In this document: positions 47,172-56,728 of the stretch, one piece after another | Layout of the letters: every line of letters starts with the position of its first letter | How positions within the stretch are numbered: the first letter of the stretch is position 1 | Translations under genes and position numbers: made by a program | The notes under the pieces: generated by a model | Told to the model about the DNA's origin: nothing | Databases searched by the model: none | What the model saw: the letters and a program-made list of their open reading frames with translations, nothing else | IMG/VR virus record: IMGVR_UViG_3300033693_000005 | Coordinates: 2,055 to 66,054 of that record | Source of the DNA: a virus | Length of the DNA stretch: 64,000 nucleotides | Reading direction: 5' to 3' (one strand)

Positions 47172-47330
47172 TTAATCGTGCTTTGTATAAATATAATTTA
47201 CATGCCCACATTCAGGACATTCTATTAGAATCTCTCTTTTACCATCTTCCTTGTCCTTGACTTCCAATAAACCCATTTGTGCTTCTTCACCACTAATAGG
47301 GTATTGGCAACTGCCACAGAATAATTCCAT
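47172..47330 (-). CDS. 52-aa zinc-finger protein
   Basis: read by hand: MELFCGSC...ECPECGHVNY. Confidence 0.6.
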   Translation of the reverse strand: MELFCGSCQYPISGEEAQMGLLEVKDKEDGKREILIECPECGHVNYIYTKHD

Positions 47331-47580
47331 ATTCACCCTCTCCTTTTTAGTTTCCTATTCCATAAATTAAATTCGGTTGACGCTGATTTTCAAATGAGAA
47401 AACCAGGTCTCTAATTTCTGAACAAAATCGCAAATATAGTTCTTTATATTATTACTTATATAATACTTATATAATACTATTATTAATATATATATATAAT
47501 ATTTATTAACCTCTCTATTAATTACAACGATAAAAAATGGACTTTATGCAAAATATTTACAAAAAAAAATAAAAAAAAAA

Positions 47581-47605
47581 GAGAAAGGGTTAAAAACCCT
47601 CTCTC
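47581..47605 (-). terminator. intrinsic terminator after the sigma-like gene
   Basis: 11-bp stem (one G-U) on the minus strand followed by a long T run. Confidence 0.7.
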
Positions 47606-48243
47606 ATCTCCTTTAAAATATTCTTTTCCTTTAACTGTTTTAAATGGTATGCAACTACCTGTCTAGATACATCTAATTTATCAGCTATATCCAGTTGGTA
47701 TAAGTTACCATTATGTTTTATAATAACCTTCACAATTTCTTTTTGTATATCAGTTAAATCTTCACAGGTTTCTATGTAATCTACTAGCTCTACAGTATTT
47801 AAATTCTTCTGTCTAGCTTCATTCACAAACTTCATATGTGTACTAGAACTATACCCTTTTTCTTCTAAGTCATCTAGACTCAAGCTGTCAGAATTAAGAA
47901 CCCTCTTATCTGTTTTATCAGCCTTAATTTTATCCAATAACTTATTCTTAAGTATAGTTCCTGACATAGTTGTGTAAGTATCCTGCCTTTCATCAAGCTC
48001 ATACCCTCTCAGAGCTTCATAAATGCTGTCTAAGACAGCTCCTACAAGAAAGGAGTGTGTTAGGTTATGGAAGCTAGATATTATTTCATAATAGTAGTTT
48101 TTGTGGGTTTTAAGAATAAGTTCAATTGCTCTACTTTTATCCTTGTTAAATAACTCTTTTATTGCTATATTGTCATCTACATCTATTTCTTCAGTATTAG
48201 GTTCAATATCCTTTATAAGATTGTCTAACTTCTTATTTATCAT
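47590..48243 (-). CDS. sigma70-family (SigH-like) factor, probably late
   Basis: region 2-like (EALRGYE...TY....KNKLLD), SLDDL, region 4 HTH (DIADKLDVSRQVV). Confidence 0.65.
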   Translation of the reverse strand: MINKKLDNLIKDIEPNTEEIDVDDNIAIKELFNKDKSRAIELILKTHKNYYYEIISSFHNLTHSFLVGAVLDSIYEALRGYELDERQDTYTTMSGTILKNKLLDKIKADKTDKRVLNSDSLSLDDLEEKGYSSSTHMKFVNEARQKNLNTVELVDYIETCEDLTDIQKEIVKVIIKHNGNLYQLDIADKLDVSRQVVAYHLKQLKEKNILKEMREGF

Positions 48244-48493
48244 CCTTGTCCCCCAGCTTATCTAATTTATCTTTCAATCTCTGTATTCGATCAAGACCTT
48301 CAGAGATGCTATTTAACCTCTGCTCCTGTTCATATTCTTTATTATACTTACCGTAGTTCTGGAATCCAATAATCACAGATAAATACAAGAATACAAACTC
48401 CCACTGAGCGTTAAATACTGAGTATAATAACCCTGTTAATAAGGCAGCTGTAAATCCTACAATAAAGACTTTCTTTGAAATAAATTTAATCAT
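48233..48493 (-). CDS. membrane protein
   Basis: two TM segments plus a coil. Confidence 0.55.
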   Translation of the reverse strand: MIKFISKKVFIVGFTAALLTGLLYSVFNAQWEFVFLYLSVIIGFQNYGKYNKEYEQEQRLNSISEGLDRIQRLKDKLDKLGDKDDK

Positions 48494-48503
48494 CTAATTC
48501 CTC

Positions 48504-49655
48504 CTAAAGTTTTTTTCTTAATAATTCTCCAAGCATTGCCACTTCACTTCTCTCATTCTGTTTCAGTTCTACACAACCAAAATTATGTTGTCCTTTAAGA
48601 TTGTTACATGTAAAGGTTAGTCCATTATAAAACTTATGTAAGTTAGGATTATCTATTTGTCTAGGATCTCCTAATAAAACCATCTTACTACCTTCACCCA
48701 ATCTTTCTATTATCTGAGGCATTCTTTCTGGAGAAATGTCAGCTGCTTCGTCTATGATAAATAAAGTATTCTTTATATCTCTCCCTTTGATTGTTGATAA
48801 AGGCTGTACTTCAAGCATCTTAAACTGTGATCTCGAAGCATTATCCTCAAAAGGTTTTAGGTAAGGACTATACTTCTCATCAACTTCACCAGGTAATGTT
48901 CCTAGATGCTCCTCTTTATACCCAATCTCTACTTTAGGTCTTGTTATAAGAATCTTCTCATACATATCCTTATTAAACATCTTAAGAGCTGTTCTAACTG
49001 TCAAGGATGTCTTACCTGTCCCAAATTTGCCCCATATAGCGACTAAAGGAACTGTGGTATCCATTAGTAGTTCGTGAGCCATAAGCTGCTCTCTGTTCAA
49101 TCTGAAGTCTTTTGAGATATAGCAGTGACCCTCTTCCCAGTCAACTTTAAATAGTTTATCACCTCTTTTTCTTAAAAGAACTTTATCACAATCTAAGAAT
49201 TGGTTCTCTAATAAGTCTATATCAACATCTTCTTCACTTATATAACCTTCATCATAAGCTTTAGATATTAACTTATCACTTAAATCATAATACTCAATAC
49301 CAGAATATATGTCAGTTACAGGTTCATAGTACTCAACGCTCTCTAAGACGTTTAATGCCCTCAAATAGAGGAGTACATCTTGAGTGAATAGTTTATACCC
49401 TCTTCTCAAACAAACCTCTAAGAGAGCATCGTCAGTAGCCTCAATACCTAATTTAGTATCATCTACAATGTCAATCGTGTCTATCCTACTCATAATGTTT
49501 CTAACAGCTTTTCTTGCTTTAAAATTAAGTCTCTTTTTCCTCTTTAAATGTTCTAACTCATCTAAGATACTATAAGTGAGTACTACATCATCTTCTAACA
49601 TAACTTCTGGATAATCTATAATTATGTTTGTGTCATAGATTTTCTTCATAAACAC
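48504..49655 (-). CDS. phoH: PIN-PhoH protein
   Basis: N-terminal PIN (YDTN...ATDD), GKFGTGKT, IKGRD, IIDEA, GDPRQID. Confidence 0.88.
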   Translation of the reverse strand: MFMKKIYDTNIIIDYPEVMLEDDVVLTYSILDELEHLKRKKRLNFKARKAVRNIMSRIDTIDIVDDTKLGIEATDDALLEVCLRRGYKLFTQDVLLYLRALNVLESVEYYEPVTDIYSGIEYYDLSDKLISKAYDEGYISEEDVDIDLLENQFLDCDKVLLRKRGDKLFKVDWEEGHCYISKDFRLNREQLMAHELLMDTTVPLVAIWGKFGTGKTSLTVRTALKMFNKDMYEKILITRPKVEIGYKEEHLGTLPGEVDEKYSPYLKPFEDNASRSQFKMLEVQPLSTIKGRDIKNTLFIIDEAADISPERMPQIIERLGEGSKMVLLGDPRQIDNPNLHKFYNGLTFTCNNLKGQHNFGCVELKQNERSEVAMLGELLRKKL

Positions 49656-49664
49656 ACTCCTAAT

Positions 49665-49817
49665 TTATTTGGCTTCTTTATAGTTTTTTCCTCTGTTCCA
49701 GTCAACTTCCATTTTAAGATTTAAAGGAATCTTTCCATCAAAAGGATCCTCCATTAATTCTTTAATTATAGGAACTGCCTTATCAACATTGTCTTTTGGT
49801 ACCTGGAAAACTACTTC
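49665..49817 (-). CDS. polA: DNA polymerase A, exon 2
   Basis: EVVFQVPKDNVDKAV...GKNYKEAK*; completes motif C (VHD|EVVF) after splicing; not in the track. Confidence 0.9.
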   Translation of the reverse strand, partial: EVVFQVPKDNVDKAVPIIKELMEDPFDGKIPLNLKMEVDWNRGKNYKEAK

Positions 49818-50012
49818 CAATTTTACTATATTCTCATATAGGTTCGGACTATATCTTCAATGCCTCACGTTTCCACAATTAAGTGTACTCTACTAGGTTC
49901 TACCTGTTGGTAGCTTTTCGATAGTCTCTGAGGGGTCATTTAAGACTTCCCTGCTGATTGCCTCTGCTAGGTTTCCAGCATATAGTGAGGTTTATACACA
50001 ACAAAGTAGTTT
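49818..50012 (-). ncRNA. group I intron (195 nt, no ORF)
   Basis: P1 CACGAU/GUUGUG with U-G at the 5' splice site, P10, P4 UGCUG/CAGCA, P7 GACUAU/AUAGUC, P9 GAGA tetraloop, terminal G. Confidence 0.92.
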
Positions 50013-52868
50013 ATCGTGTACTTGGAGTAACTGTTCAACTCCAAGATTCTTTAATTCAGTGCTATTTTCTAATCTTACCTGAGATGCCATAATTATATCT
50101 GATGCTGACCCTTGAATTATTGAATTAGAAGCTAATCTTTCCCCATAACTTCTATATTTTCGACTACTAGAGTTAATTTCAGGTATCCAAATTTTTCTAC
50201 CAGCCAAGGTTACAGCATATTCTTTTTCTCTTACTTTTCTTCTTTGGTTTTCCATAAACTTCTCTACACCTGTGTAAGAATCAAAGTAAGAATCGTATAG
50301 CTTATTAGCAAGATCCTGTCCTGAATAAACTCCATACTGTTTTTGCAATTCTTTATCCTCAAGATTAACCCCGAAGTCCATTAATGTATAATACAGTGTA
50401 TGTTTCGACATACCATATAATAACGAAAAGTTGAGGATTTTGCCCATATTCCTCTCAACAGGATATTTCTTTTTAGCCTCATTAGGGTGACAGTCTAAAT
50501 CTAATATCTTAACTGCTGTTGCCCCATGTGAATCTAAGCCTTGTTCAAATACCTCTAATAAGTGTTCATCTTCACTGAAATGTGCCAAAATTCTAACCTC
50601 AAGATTGGCGTAGTCAAATGCAAGCATCTCTTTTCCTTCATCTGCTGTAAACAGCTTTCTTATCTTATATTTATCATCCTCGTCTTGCGACGGGAGTTGT
50701 TGGGAATTCCCAGAAACTACAGGATCCCCATTTCTTCTCACAACTATAGCACCTGACGGAACAGTTACACAATAAACCCTACCATCATACTGTTCTGAAG
50801 TTATTTCTGTTCTAGAGAACCATCTATGGGGTAATGGATTTATATTTACAGCTCTATAATCTTTTTGCTTTATGTACCATGAAGTACTTTTATTAGTTAG
50901 CAAAGCCATAATTTGTACCTGCTCTACAGTCTCTGTATTTCTCTTATGCTGATTATAAATATTCTCTCTAGTAAAATCTCCATCCCATCTGTGGATAGCT
51001 TTTAAAAAGAACTCTCTTGATTCATAATCTAATTCTAATAATTTATCTAACTTAAAACTCTTATTCTTACAATCCTCACCTACTTTTAACCATTCAAAAG
51101 CAGGATGATTTAGGTGCATACTAACTCCTTGCCTACCATTTGGTTCTTTATTTATCTTATTTTTAAATATCTTTCTTAACTGCTCTTGTTTTCTTTTAGA
51201 GGCTATTCTTATCCTGCAAGAATTCTTTTTTCTTTGTACATATCCCTCTGCTTGAATAATAATTGCTATTTCTAGGTTTCTTTTTTCTTTCTCAGAAAGC
51301 TTCTTACTACCTCTTAAATTTCCACCTCTGATATTCTTTCTCCCAAAAACTCTACCTTCTGGGTTTTTCATTTCTGATATTTTTTCAACTTTTAAGTTAC
51401 CTGCTCTAGTCAAAGAATACATTCTATGATTAGGTGTTACTAGTAACTCGACTTTACTTGATTTAAACCTCTTCATTTCACCTTTGTATTTTTCATTAGT
51501 ATAGGCAATAGGTTTTACAAAATCAATACTCCCATCTTCATGCCACTGAGCTGCCTTTTCAGATTTATTTAAATCCTTAAAGTATTTCCAACCTTCATCA
51601 GTAAGTATCTCTGTCTTTTCATCATAGCAATTAGGGTTACTACTTGTAGCCCTTCCACTCTTAGCAGCTAACACATTAAAAGTAGGGTGAACTCTTCCAT
51701 CATCATAAACCTCTTCTCTCAAACCAGTCACAAAGGATGATTTAAGCTTAGAAATCTTCTTATAATGTAGTAGCAAGTCAATAAACTCTAAACCTGTTTC
51801 CTGCCATTCATTCTTAGGTTCATAATGTATGAACCTCTTCAATGAACTCTTACCTGAACTGGGTTGCCCACTATCAGTTCTCTCAGGCACAGGAAACTCA
51901 AAGCTATTCTCTCTCAACTCAATATTAGGGTTTTTATGACCATACTTCTTCCATATGTGAAACTCTTCACAATCTTCTTTAAAACAATCCTCCTCCTTAC
52001 ATATTTCACAGGGGGAGTCAGATGTATAGTCATTATATAATAATTCTGATATTTGTTTTGGAGAGTCAGGATTAATCTCAAACCCAATTAGATTAGTCAT
52101 AGCCTTAATTGTCTCATTTACATCTTCAGTAATCTCTTCTTCTATCTGATCCAATTCCTCAAAATCAATATTTACACCCTTCTTTTCCATGTTAAAAAAC
52201 ACGTTAGTAAATGCTGGAACAATCAAATCAGTGTAAATATCATATAGTTCATCTTTCTTTAATTGCTTTATCAGAAATTTCTTTAAGTCTATTAAATTCT
52301 CAGTATCTTCAATACCATAAACAGCAGCTTTATGAATCTCAACTAAATCAAATGTAGCTTTATTATTCGATTTAAGTCCAGCTCTTAACTTTATCTCTTT
52401 AGGTACTGTAGCTACTACATCATCATACTTATGTAATCCTTGAACATCTAAATACTTCTCTAATATATGCTCTAAACCATTCTTATACTCTCTATTAATC
52501 ATTCTAGCAGCGATAAGAGTATCAAAATAATTCTCTCTTTGAGGAGTAATACCAATCCTCTCAAGCACATGAAAGTCAAAGTTTATATTATGTGCTATTA
52601 GCTGAATACTTTTATCAGTAAATATATCTCCAAAGAGTTTCCTAACTCTCTTCTCTCTGAAGTTTTTGCTATAAAATGTATGATTAATAGGGATATAGTA
52701 AGAATTATCAACAGTTGAAATAATAATACTAACTACTTTAAAATCTTTATTCCGCCCTCTAGCCCTCAATCCATTAGTCTCAGTATCGAAGGCTATTACC
52801 TTATGTTCCTTGATTTCTTCTATAATATCCTTTATTCCTTTTGTATCTGATAGGATATACTTGATTAT
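50013..52868 (-). CDS. polA: DNA polymerase A, exon 1 (3'-5' exonuclease + polymerase, intein-containing)
   Basis: The frame extends 33 codons above the track start to an ATA behind AGGAGG and so includes the ExoI motif AFDTET. Also contains DYANLE, KILNFSLLYG and QVHD. Confidence 0.9.
50706..51629 (-). mobile_element. intein with LAGLIDADG homing endonuclease (308 aa)
   Basis: NPN|CYDEKT ... VYCVTV...VVSGN|S; degenerate blocks IIIQAEG and AIHRWDG. Confidence 0.9.
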
Positions 52869-53234
52869 CTATCCCTCCTTTGGTGCCATATATTCTAATT
52901 CTTGTATTAAATCTTTTGTCCACCTCCTTGGGAATCTTTTTGCTTTAGGACTTAAAAATACATAATGTGGTATAGGACTTAAAACCACCTCCTTATATGG
53001 AATCTGATACTGTTCTAAATATTCTTCTACAGCTTTTCTTCCTCTAGGTTCTTGACATCTGGAAGAGTATACAACTATGTTATAAGCCTTACTTAGCCTA
53101 TCAAGACTCTCTTTAGCATCTTCTAAAGGCAGTCCCTTTATTTTATCAATACCATTCCAACCATGCTGATCATAATCATAAATTATTCCATCAAAATCCA
53201 CAACCATTGTAGGTTTCCTTCTGTTAGTTGCCAA
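52869..53234 (-). CDS. HAD-superfamily phosphatase
   Basis: VVDFDG motif I, YSSR. Confidence 0.65.
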   Translation of the reverse strand: MATNRRKPTMVVDFDGIIYDYDQHGWNGIDKIKGLPLEDAKESLDRLSKAYNIVVYSSRCQEPRGRKAVEEYLEQYQIPYKEVVLSPIPHYVFLSPKAKRFPRRWTKDLIQELEYMAPKEG

Positions 53235-53238
53235 TTTA

Positions 53239-53556
53239 TCACTCCGTTTCTATAATTCTTATTTTCTTATTAGCTAATTTAGCATACTCTAATTCCTGTT
53301 TCTGTCCACTAGATAATTCACCATACTTATAAAACCAGACCTCATCAGAAAAAGAAATCATATCAAAACAGAATAATAATATTTCCTGTCTATAAATACC
53401 ATCTTCTTCCATAAAACTCCACAAGTGAAGAGGGGATATAGGTAAAATATCCTTGTTTTTACGCATAATAGATTTACAAATATTATTAACTTTTCTGATA
53501 TTTTCTTTTTCATCTCCACTGAATGGATGCGAAATAAACACCCTAATAATTTCCAT
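53239..53556 (-). CDS. nucleoside 2-deoxyribosyltransferase-like (DUF4406-like) protein
   Basis: VFISHPF...SP...SDEVW...S.G...E pattern. Confidence 0.55.
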   Translation of the reverse strand: MEIIRVFISHPFSGDEKENIRKVNNICKSIMRKNKDILPISPLHLWSFMEEDGIYRQEILLFCFDMISFSDEVWFYKYGELSSGQKQELEYAKLANKKIRIIETE

Positions 53557-53559
53557 AAA

Positions 53560-54093
53560 TTACTCCTTCCAATGTATAATGTGTACTTCCTGCCTACCAA
53601 ATTCCATAGCTTTCTTATAACTATCCATTAGAATATCAACCTGTTTTGGGTTTTTTCTCATTGCACTTCCTGTATCTCCTGCTATCCCTCTTATAACTGT
53701 ATTGCCATCTAAAATTAAAATTTGACTACCATAAGGTATCATCTTAGGATTAACCGCTATAATTCCAACCTCAGCCTTTCTACCAGTAGATGTTACTTCA
53801 GGATTACTATCAGCATTTATACCACCACTTGGGGGATGGTAAGCAGTGGCAATGCCGTAGAAATAATTCACAGTTTTATTTTGTCTTAGTTCAGTTAATT
53901 GGCTAGTTGCTAACAAATGTTCATAACTATCAACTTCATTCTCTAAACTTGTAATTCTCTTACTCATTTCTTTGCCCTTCACTTTATTATACACGAGTTG
54001 TTCTTTAATTTCAAGGTTTGTTAAGTATAATCCTATAATAATAAAGAACAATAAAATATAAATTGTCACTTTTCTCTTCTCTGAATTTGTCAT
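53560..54093 (-). CDS. membrane-anchored 3D-domain (cell-wall hydrolase-like) protein
   Basis: ATAY, IAVNP..IPYGS, DTG, VDI. Confidence 0.75.
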   Translation of the reverse strand: MTNSEKRKVTIYILLFFIIIGLYLTNLEIKEQLVYNKVKGKEMSKRITSLENEVDSYEHLLATSQLTELRQNKTVNYFYGIATAYHPPSGGINADSNPEVTSTGRKAEVGIIAVNPKMIPYGSQILILDGNTVIRGIAGDTGSAMRKNPKQVDILMDSYKKAMEFGRQEVHIIHWKE

Positions 54094-54608
54094 CCTATGT
54101 ACCTCTCTAACTGTTGCAATGCAACATTAAAATTATCATTCTCAATTACAATATCTGCTTTATACTTATTAGACCAAACACCTTTATACATATCCCTGAT
54201 AACTCTCTTAGCAGCAGAAATAAATCCTCTATCCTTATACATTCTCTTAAAACATTGCCAAGGGCTAGAGTCAATATAGAACAGTATTACTGCTTGATCT
54301 TTATAGAGTTCTTTTAACTGCTTATACCCTTCAATATCAACAATTACAGTAACCTCTCTATTATTTTTTAATTTATCATGTACTTCTTTATGTGAGAGTC
54401 CATATCTTCTACCTGCAAATGTAACTTTTTCAATAAAATTTAACTTTTTAAATTCTTTCTCTGATACAAAGTAGTAATCTTCTCCCTCGACCTCATTTTC
54501 TCTCTTTTCTCTAGTTGTATGAGATATTAAAACAGGTGTTATTAACTGCTCTAATAGAGAGCTTTTCCCACTTCCACTTGCACCGACAATACAATTTATG
54601 TATTTCAA
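54090..54608 (-). CDS. gmk: guanylate kinase
   Basis: GASGSGKS, SHTTR.KR..EVEGEDYYFVS. Confidence 0.85.
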   Translation of the reverse strand: MKYINCIVGASGSGKSSLLEQLITPVLISHTTREKRENEVEGEDYYFVSEKEFKKLNFIEKVTFAGRRYGLSHKEVHDKLKNNREVTVIVDIEGYKQLKELYKDQAVILFYIDSSPWQCFKRMYKDRGFISAAKRVIRDMYKGVWSNKYKADIVIENDNFNVALQQLERYIG

Positions 54609-54619
54609 CTTATCACCCC

Positions 54620-55075
54620 TTATAATTTATATACAACAATTTCTTTTTTAGGAAATGCTAGGTTAAAAATTTCTTTTATTTTATTCCAATTTCCTTTTGC
54701 CAGCCCACAACCAATCTTATAAGGAATAGCAATTGATTTATTTGGATAAGTATCTTTTATAACTTTTAAACCTTTTGCAAAAGCCTTATAATCAGTCTGT
54801 CTGCCATATTTTCTATAAAAAGATCCATACCTACCATAGTTATACTGACCAAATAGATTAGCAATTATAAAATCATCTGTTTTAGTAAATAAACAATCTC
54901 CAATTAAATCTTTTTTATTATTAATATTACAGTACCTTACATACTCTTTTTTTGCTTTAGGATATTTATTAGCAATTTGTTTTGCTAATCCAGCCCCATA
55001 AGTCCCCTGACAATTAACCTGATGAATAATTATATCCTCTTTAGCTTTCAATAAATCTCCTCTTACTATTTTCAA
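54620..55075 (-). CDS. macrodomain (ADP-ribose hydrolase-like) protein
   Basis: GDLL...IIHQVNC.G..GAGLA, KIGCGLAKG; likely TTG start at 55075. Confidence 0.8.
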   Translation of the reverse strand: MKIVRGDLLKAKEDIIIHQVNCQGTYGAGLAKQIANKYPKAKKEYVRYCNINNKKDLIGDCLFTKTDDFIIANLFGQYNYGRYGSFYRKYGRQTDYKAFAKGLKVIKDTYPNKSIAIPYKIGCGLAKGNWNKIKEIFNLAFPKKEIVVYKL

Positions 55076-55085
55076 CTTACCACCT

Positions 55086-55277
55086 CTATCCTTTATTCTT
55101 TTCTCCATAGCTTGTTGAACTATAAAAACCAAGACCATTATAATGCACATTAGCTGTAGTAAATATTTTCTTTATTTCTTCACTACCACATTTAGGACAC
55201 TCTTCATAAGTTTCATCCATCTTCATTAAATCTTCAAACACACCACAGTTTGGACATTTAAATTTATAAAATGGCAC
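55086..55277 (-). CDS. FmdB-like zinc-ribbon protein
   Basis: MPFYKFKCPNCG...CPKCGS...GFY. Confidence 0.7.
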   Translation of the reverse strand: MPFYKFKCPNCGVFEDLMKMDETYEECPKCGSEEIKKIFTTANVHYNGLGFYSSTSYGEKNKG

Positions 55278-55459
55278 TATTCCACCTCACTAAAACTTTT
55301 CTTTAATTCAAAAACTTCTTGCACAGTCATTATAAAAGTTCTACTCTTATCCAATCTATAAGCATCCGAGAACTTATTAAAGGCTTGTTTTTTATCATTA
55401 GCCCAGACACAATCTTTAAATCCTGGTTTATTATGTAATCTCACATTATACTTAGGCAT
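55277..55459 (-). CDS. hypothetical protein
   Basis: ORF in operon. Confidence 0.5.
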   Translation of the reverse strand: MPKYNVRLHNKPGFKDCVWANDKKQAFNKFSDAYRLDKSRTFIMTVQEVFELKKSFSEVE

Positions 55460-55931
55460 TTTTATTCCTCTCCCTCAAATAATAGTAAAATAAATTATAC
55501 ATCCACTTTCCCATCTCTTTTCTCTCAACCATATGTATATGAATATTATATCTATGTAAAAATGTCATAAGAGAAGCTACATAAGCTTTAATATTCATAT
55601 TTGACCTATACTGACCTTTAAATAACTTTTCCCAGGAACCATCTTCAATAACTAAATGAATTTCAATATTATGACTTATTTCATTTACAAACTGCTTCCT
55701 TCTTTTAGTTAGGTTAGTAGCTAATTCATCTAGTCCAGTGTCCCCACTACCTTTTCTCTCGACAACTATTTGATCCTCAAAGGAAACTTTCTTACCCTCT
55801 TCTATAATTCCTATACTATAGTCTCCAACATCTAATTTCTTATTAGCATATTTAATATCATTTTCCTTAAAATAATCTATTATATGATTATTCTTTTTCT
55901 CTCTTGTATCACATAAGAAAGTAAAGTCCAT
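55452..55931 (-). CDS. ERCC4-type nuclease
   Basis: DTREK, GDY, VERK, LVIED. Confidence 0.8.
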   Translation of the reverse strand: MDFTFLCDTREKKNNHIIDYFKENDIKYANKKLDVGDYSIGIIEEGKKVSFEDQIVVERKGSGDTGLDELATNLTKRRKQFVNEISHNIEIHLVIEDGSWEKLFKGQYRSNMNIKAYVASLMTFLHRYNIHIHMVERKEMGKWMYNLFYYYLRERNKNA

Positions 55932-55935
55932 TCAC

Positions 55936-56079
55936 CTACTCCTCTACAATAGTAATATCTACATCTCTACTAGCAGCCTACTCTTTAGCTTTTTCTAAAC
56001 CTTCTTCATATGAATCTGCTTTAACTGTCATCTTATCTATCTCGTTTTTATACATAAATTTAAAATAATATTTTTCCAA
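55936..56079 (-). pseudogene. small ORF with internal TAG
   Basis: MEKYYF...EKAKE*AASRDVDITIVEE*. Confidence 0.35.
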
Positions 56080-56081
56080 AC

Positions 56082-56246
56082 TTAGTCCTCCTTTGGAACA
56101 AATTGATCATCTACAAACTCGCCTAATAATCTCATATTCTTAAACTCAGTTTTACAACTAGGACAACCTAAAAAGTAAATATCATCTTTCTCCATACCTA
56201 TAGGTAATCCTGAGTACCCACATTCATTACATAGATAAACTTTCAC
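56082..56246 (-). CDS. 54-aa zinc-ribbon protein
   Basis: read by hand: LCNECG...GCPSC. Confidence 0.55.
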   Translation of the reverse strand: MKVYLCNECGYSGLPIGMEKDDIYFLGCPSCKTEFKNMRLLGEFVDDQFVPKED

Positions 56247-56728
56247 TCTATCCTCTCCTTAATTTCCTGCAAACTAATAGGCTTATAATTAGTCCTCTCA
56301 ACACCAACATTAATATACTGTTTACTTTCTCTAGTATTACTATGTAAATGCCCATGTATATTTATATAGGGCATATGTTCATTAAGATACATTGGTCTAT
56401 GAGTCAACAAGAAAAATTCCTCTAAAATCATGCCTCCATCAATCACATCATCAAAACCAGCATCATTATACCATTTATTAGACTTCTTATCATGGTTTCC
56501 TTTTATCAAGGTAATATAACCATTTAATTGCTGTACTATCTCACTCACAGTTTCTTTATTACCCCAACTGAAATCACCTAAATGATATACTTTATCTACT
56601 TTTGATATTGTGTTATTCCAATTCTTAATTAGAGTTTGGTTCATTTCTCCTACATTGTCAAATGGTCTATCCTCATAATCAATAATATTCTTATGCCAGA
56701 AATGAGTGTCACTAATTAAATAAATCAT
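56243..56728 (-). CDS. calcineurin-like phosphoesterase
   Basis: SDTH, LGD, GNHD, THRP, HGH. Confidence 0.85.
   Translation of the reverse strand: MIYLISDTHFWHKNIIDYEDRPFDNVGEMNQTLIKNWNNTISKVDKVYHLGDFSWGNKETVSEIVQQLNGYITLIKGNHDKKSNKWYNDAGFDDVIDGGMILEEFFLLTHRPMYLNEHMPYINIHGHLHSNTRESKQYINVGVERTNYKPISLQEIKERIE

Noticed and set aside
49992-50012. Polymerase ending at KLLCCV* as in the ORF track
   Set aside because: These codons are intron sequence; the true C-terminus is in exon 2.
55936-56079. Genome-wide TAG recoding
   Set aside because: Many genes end in TAG directly before the next RBS or start, and long genes contain no internal TAG.
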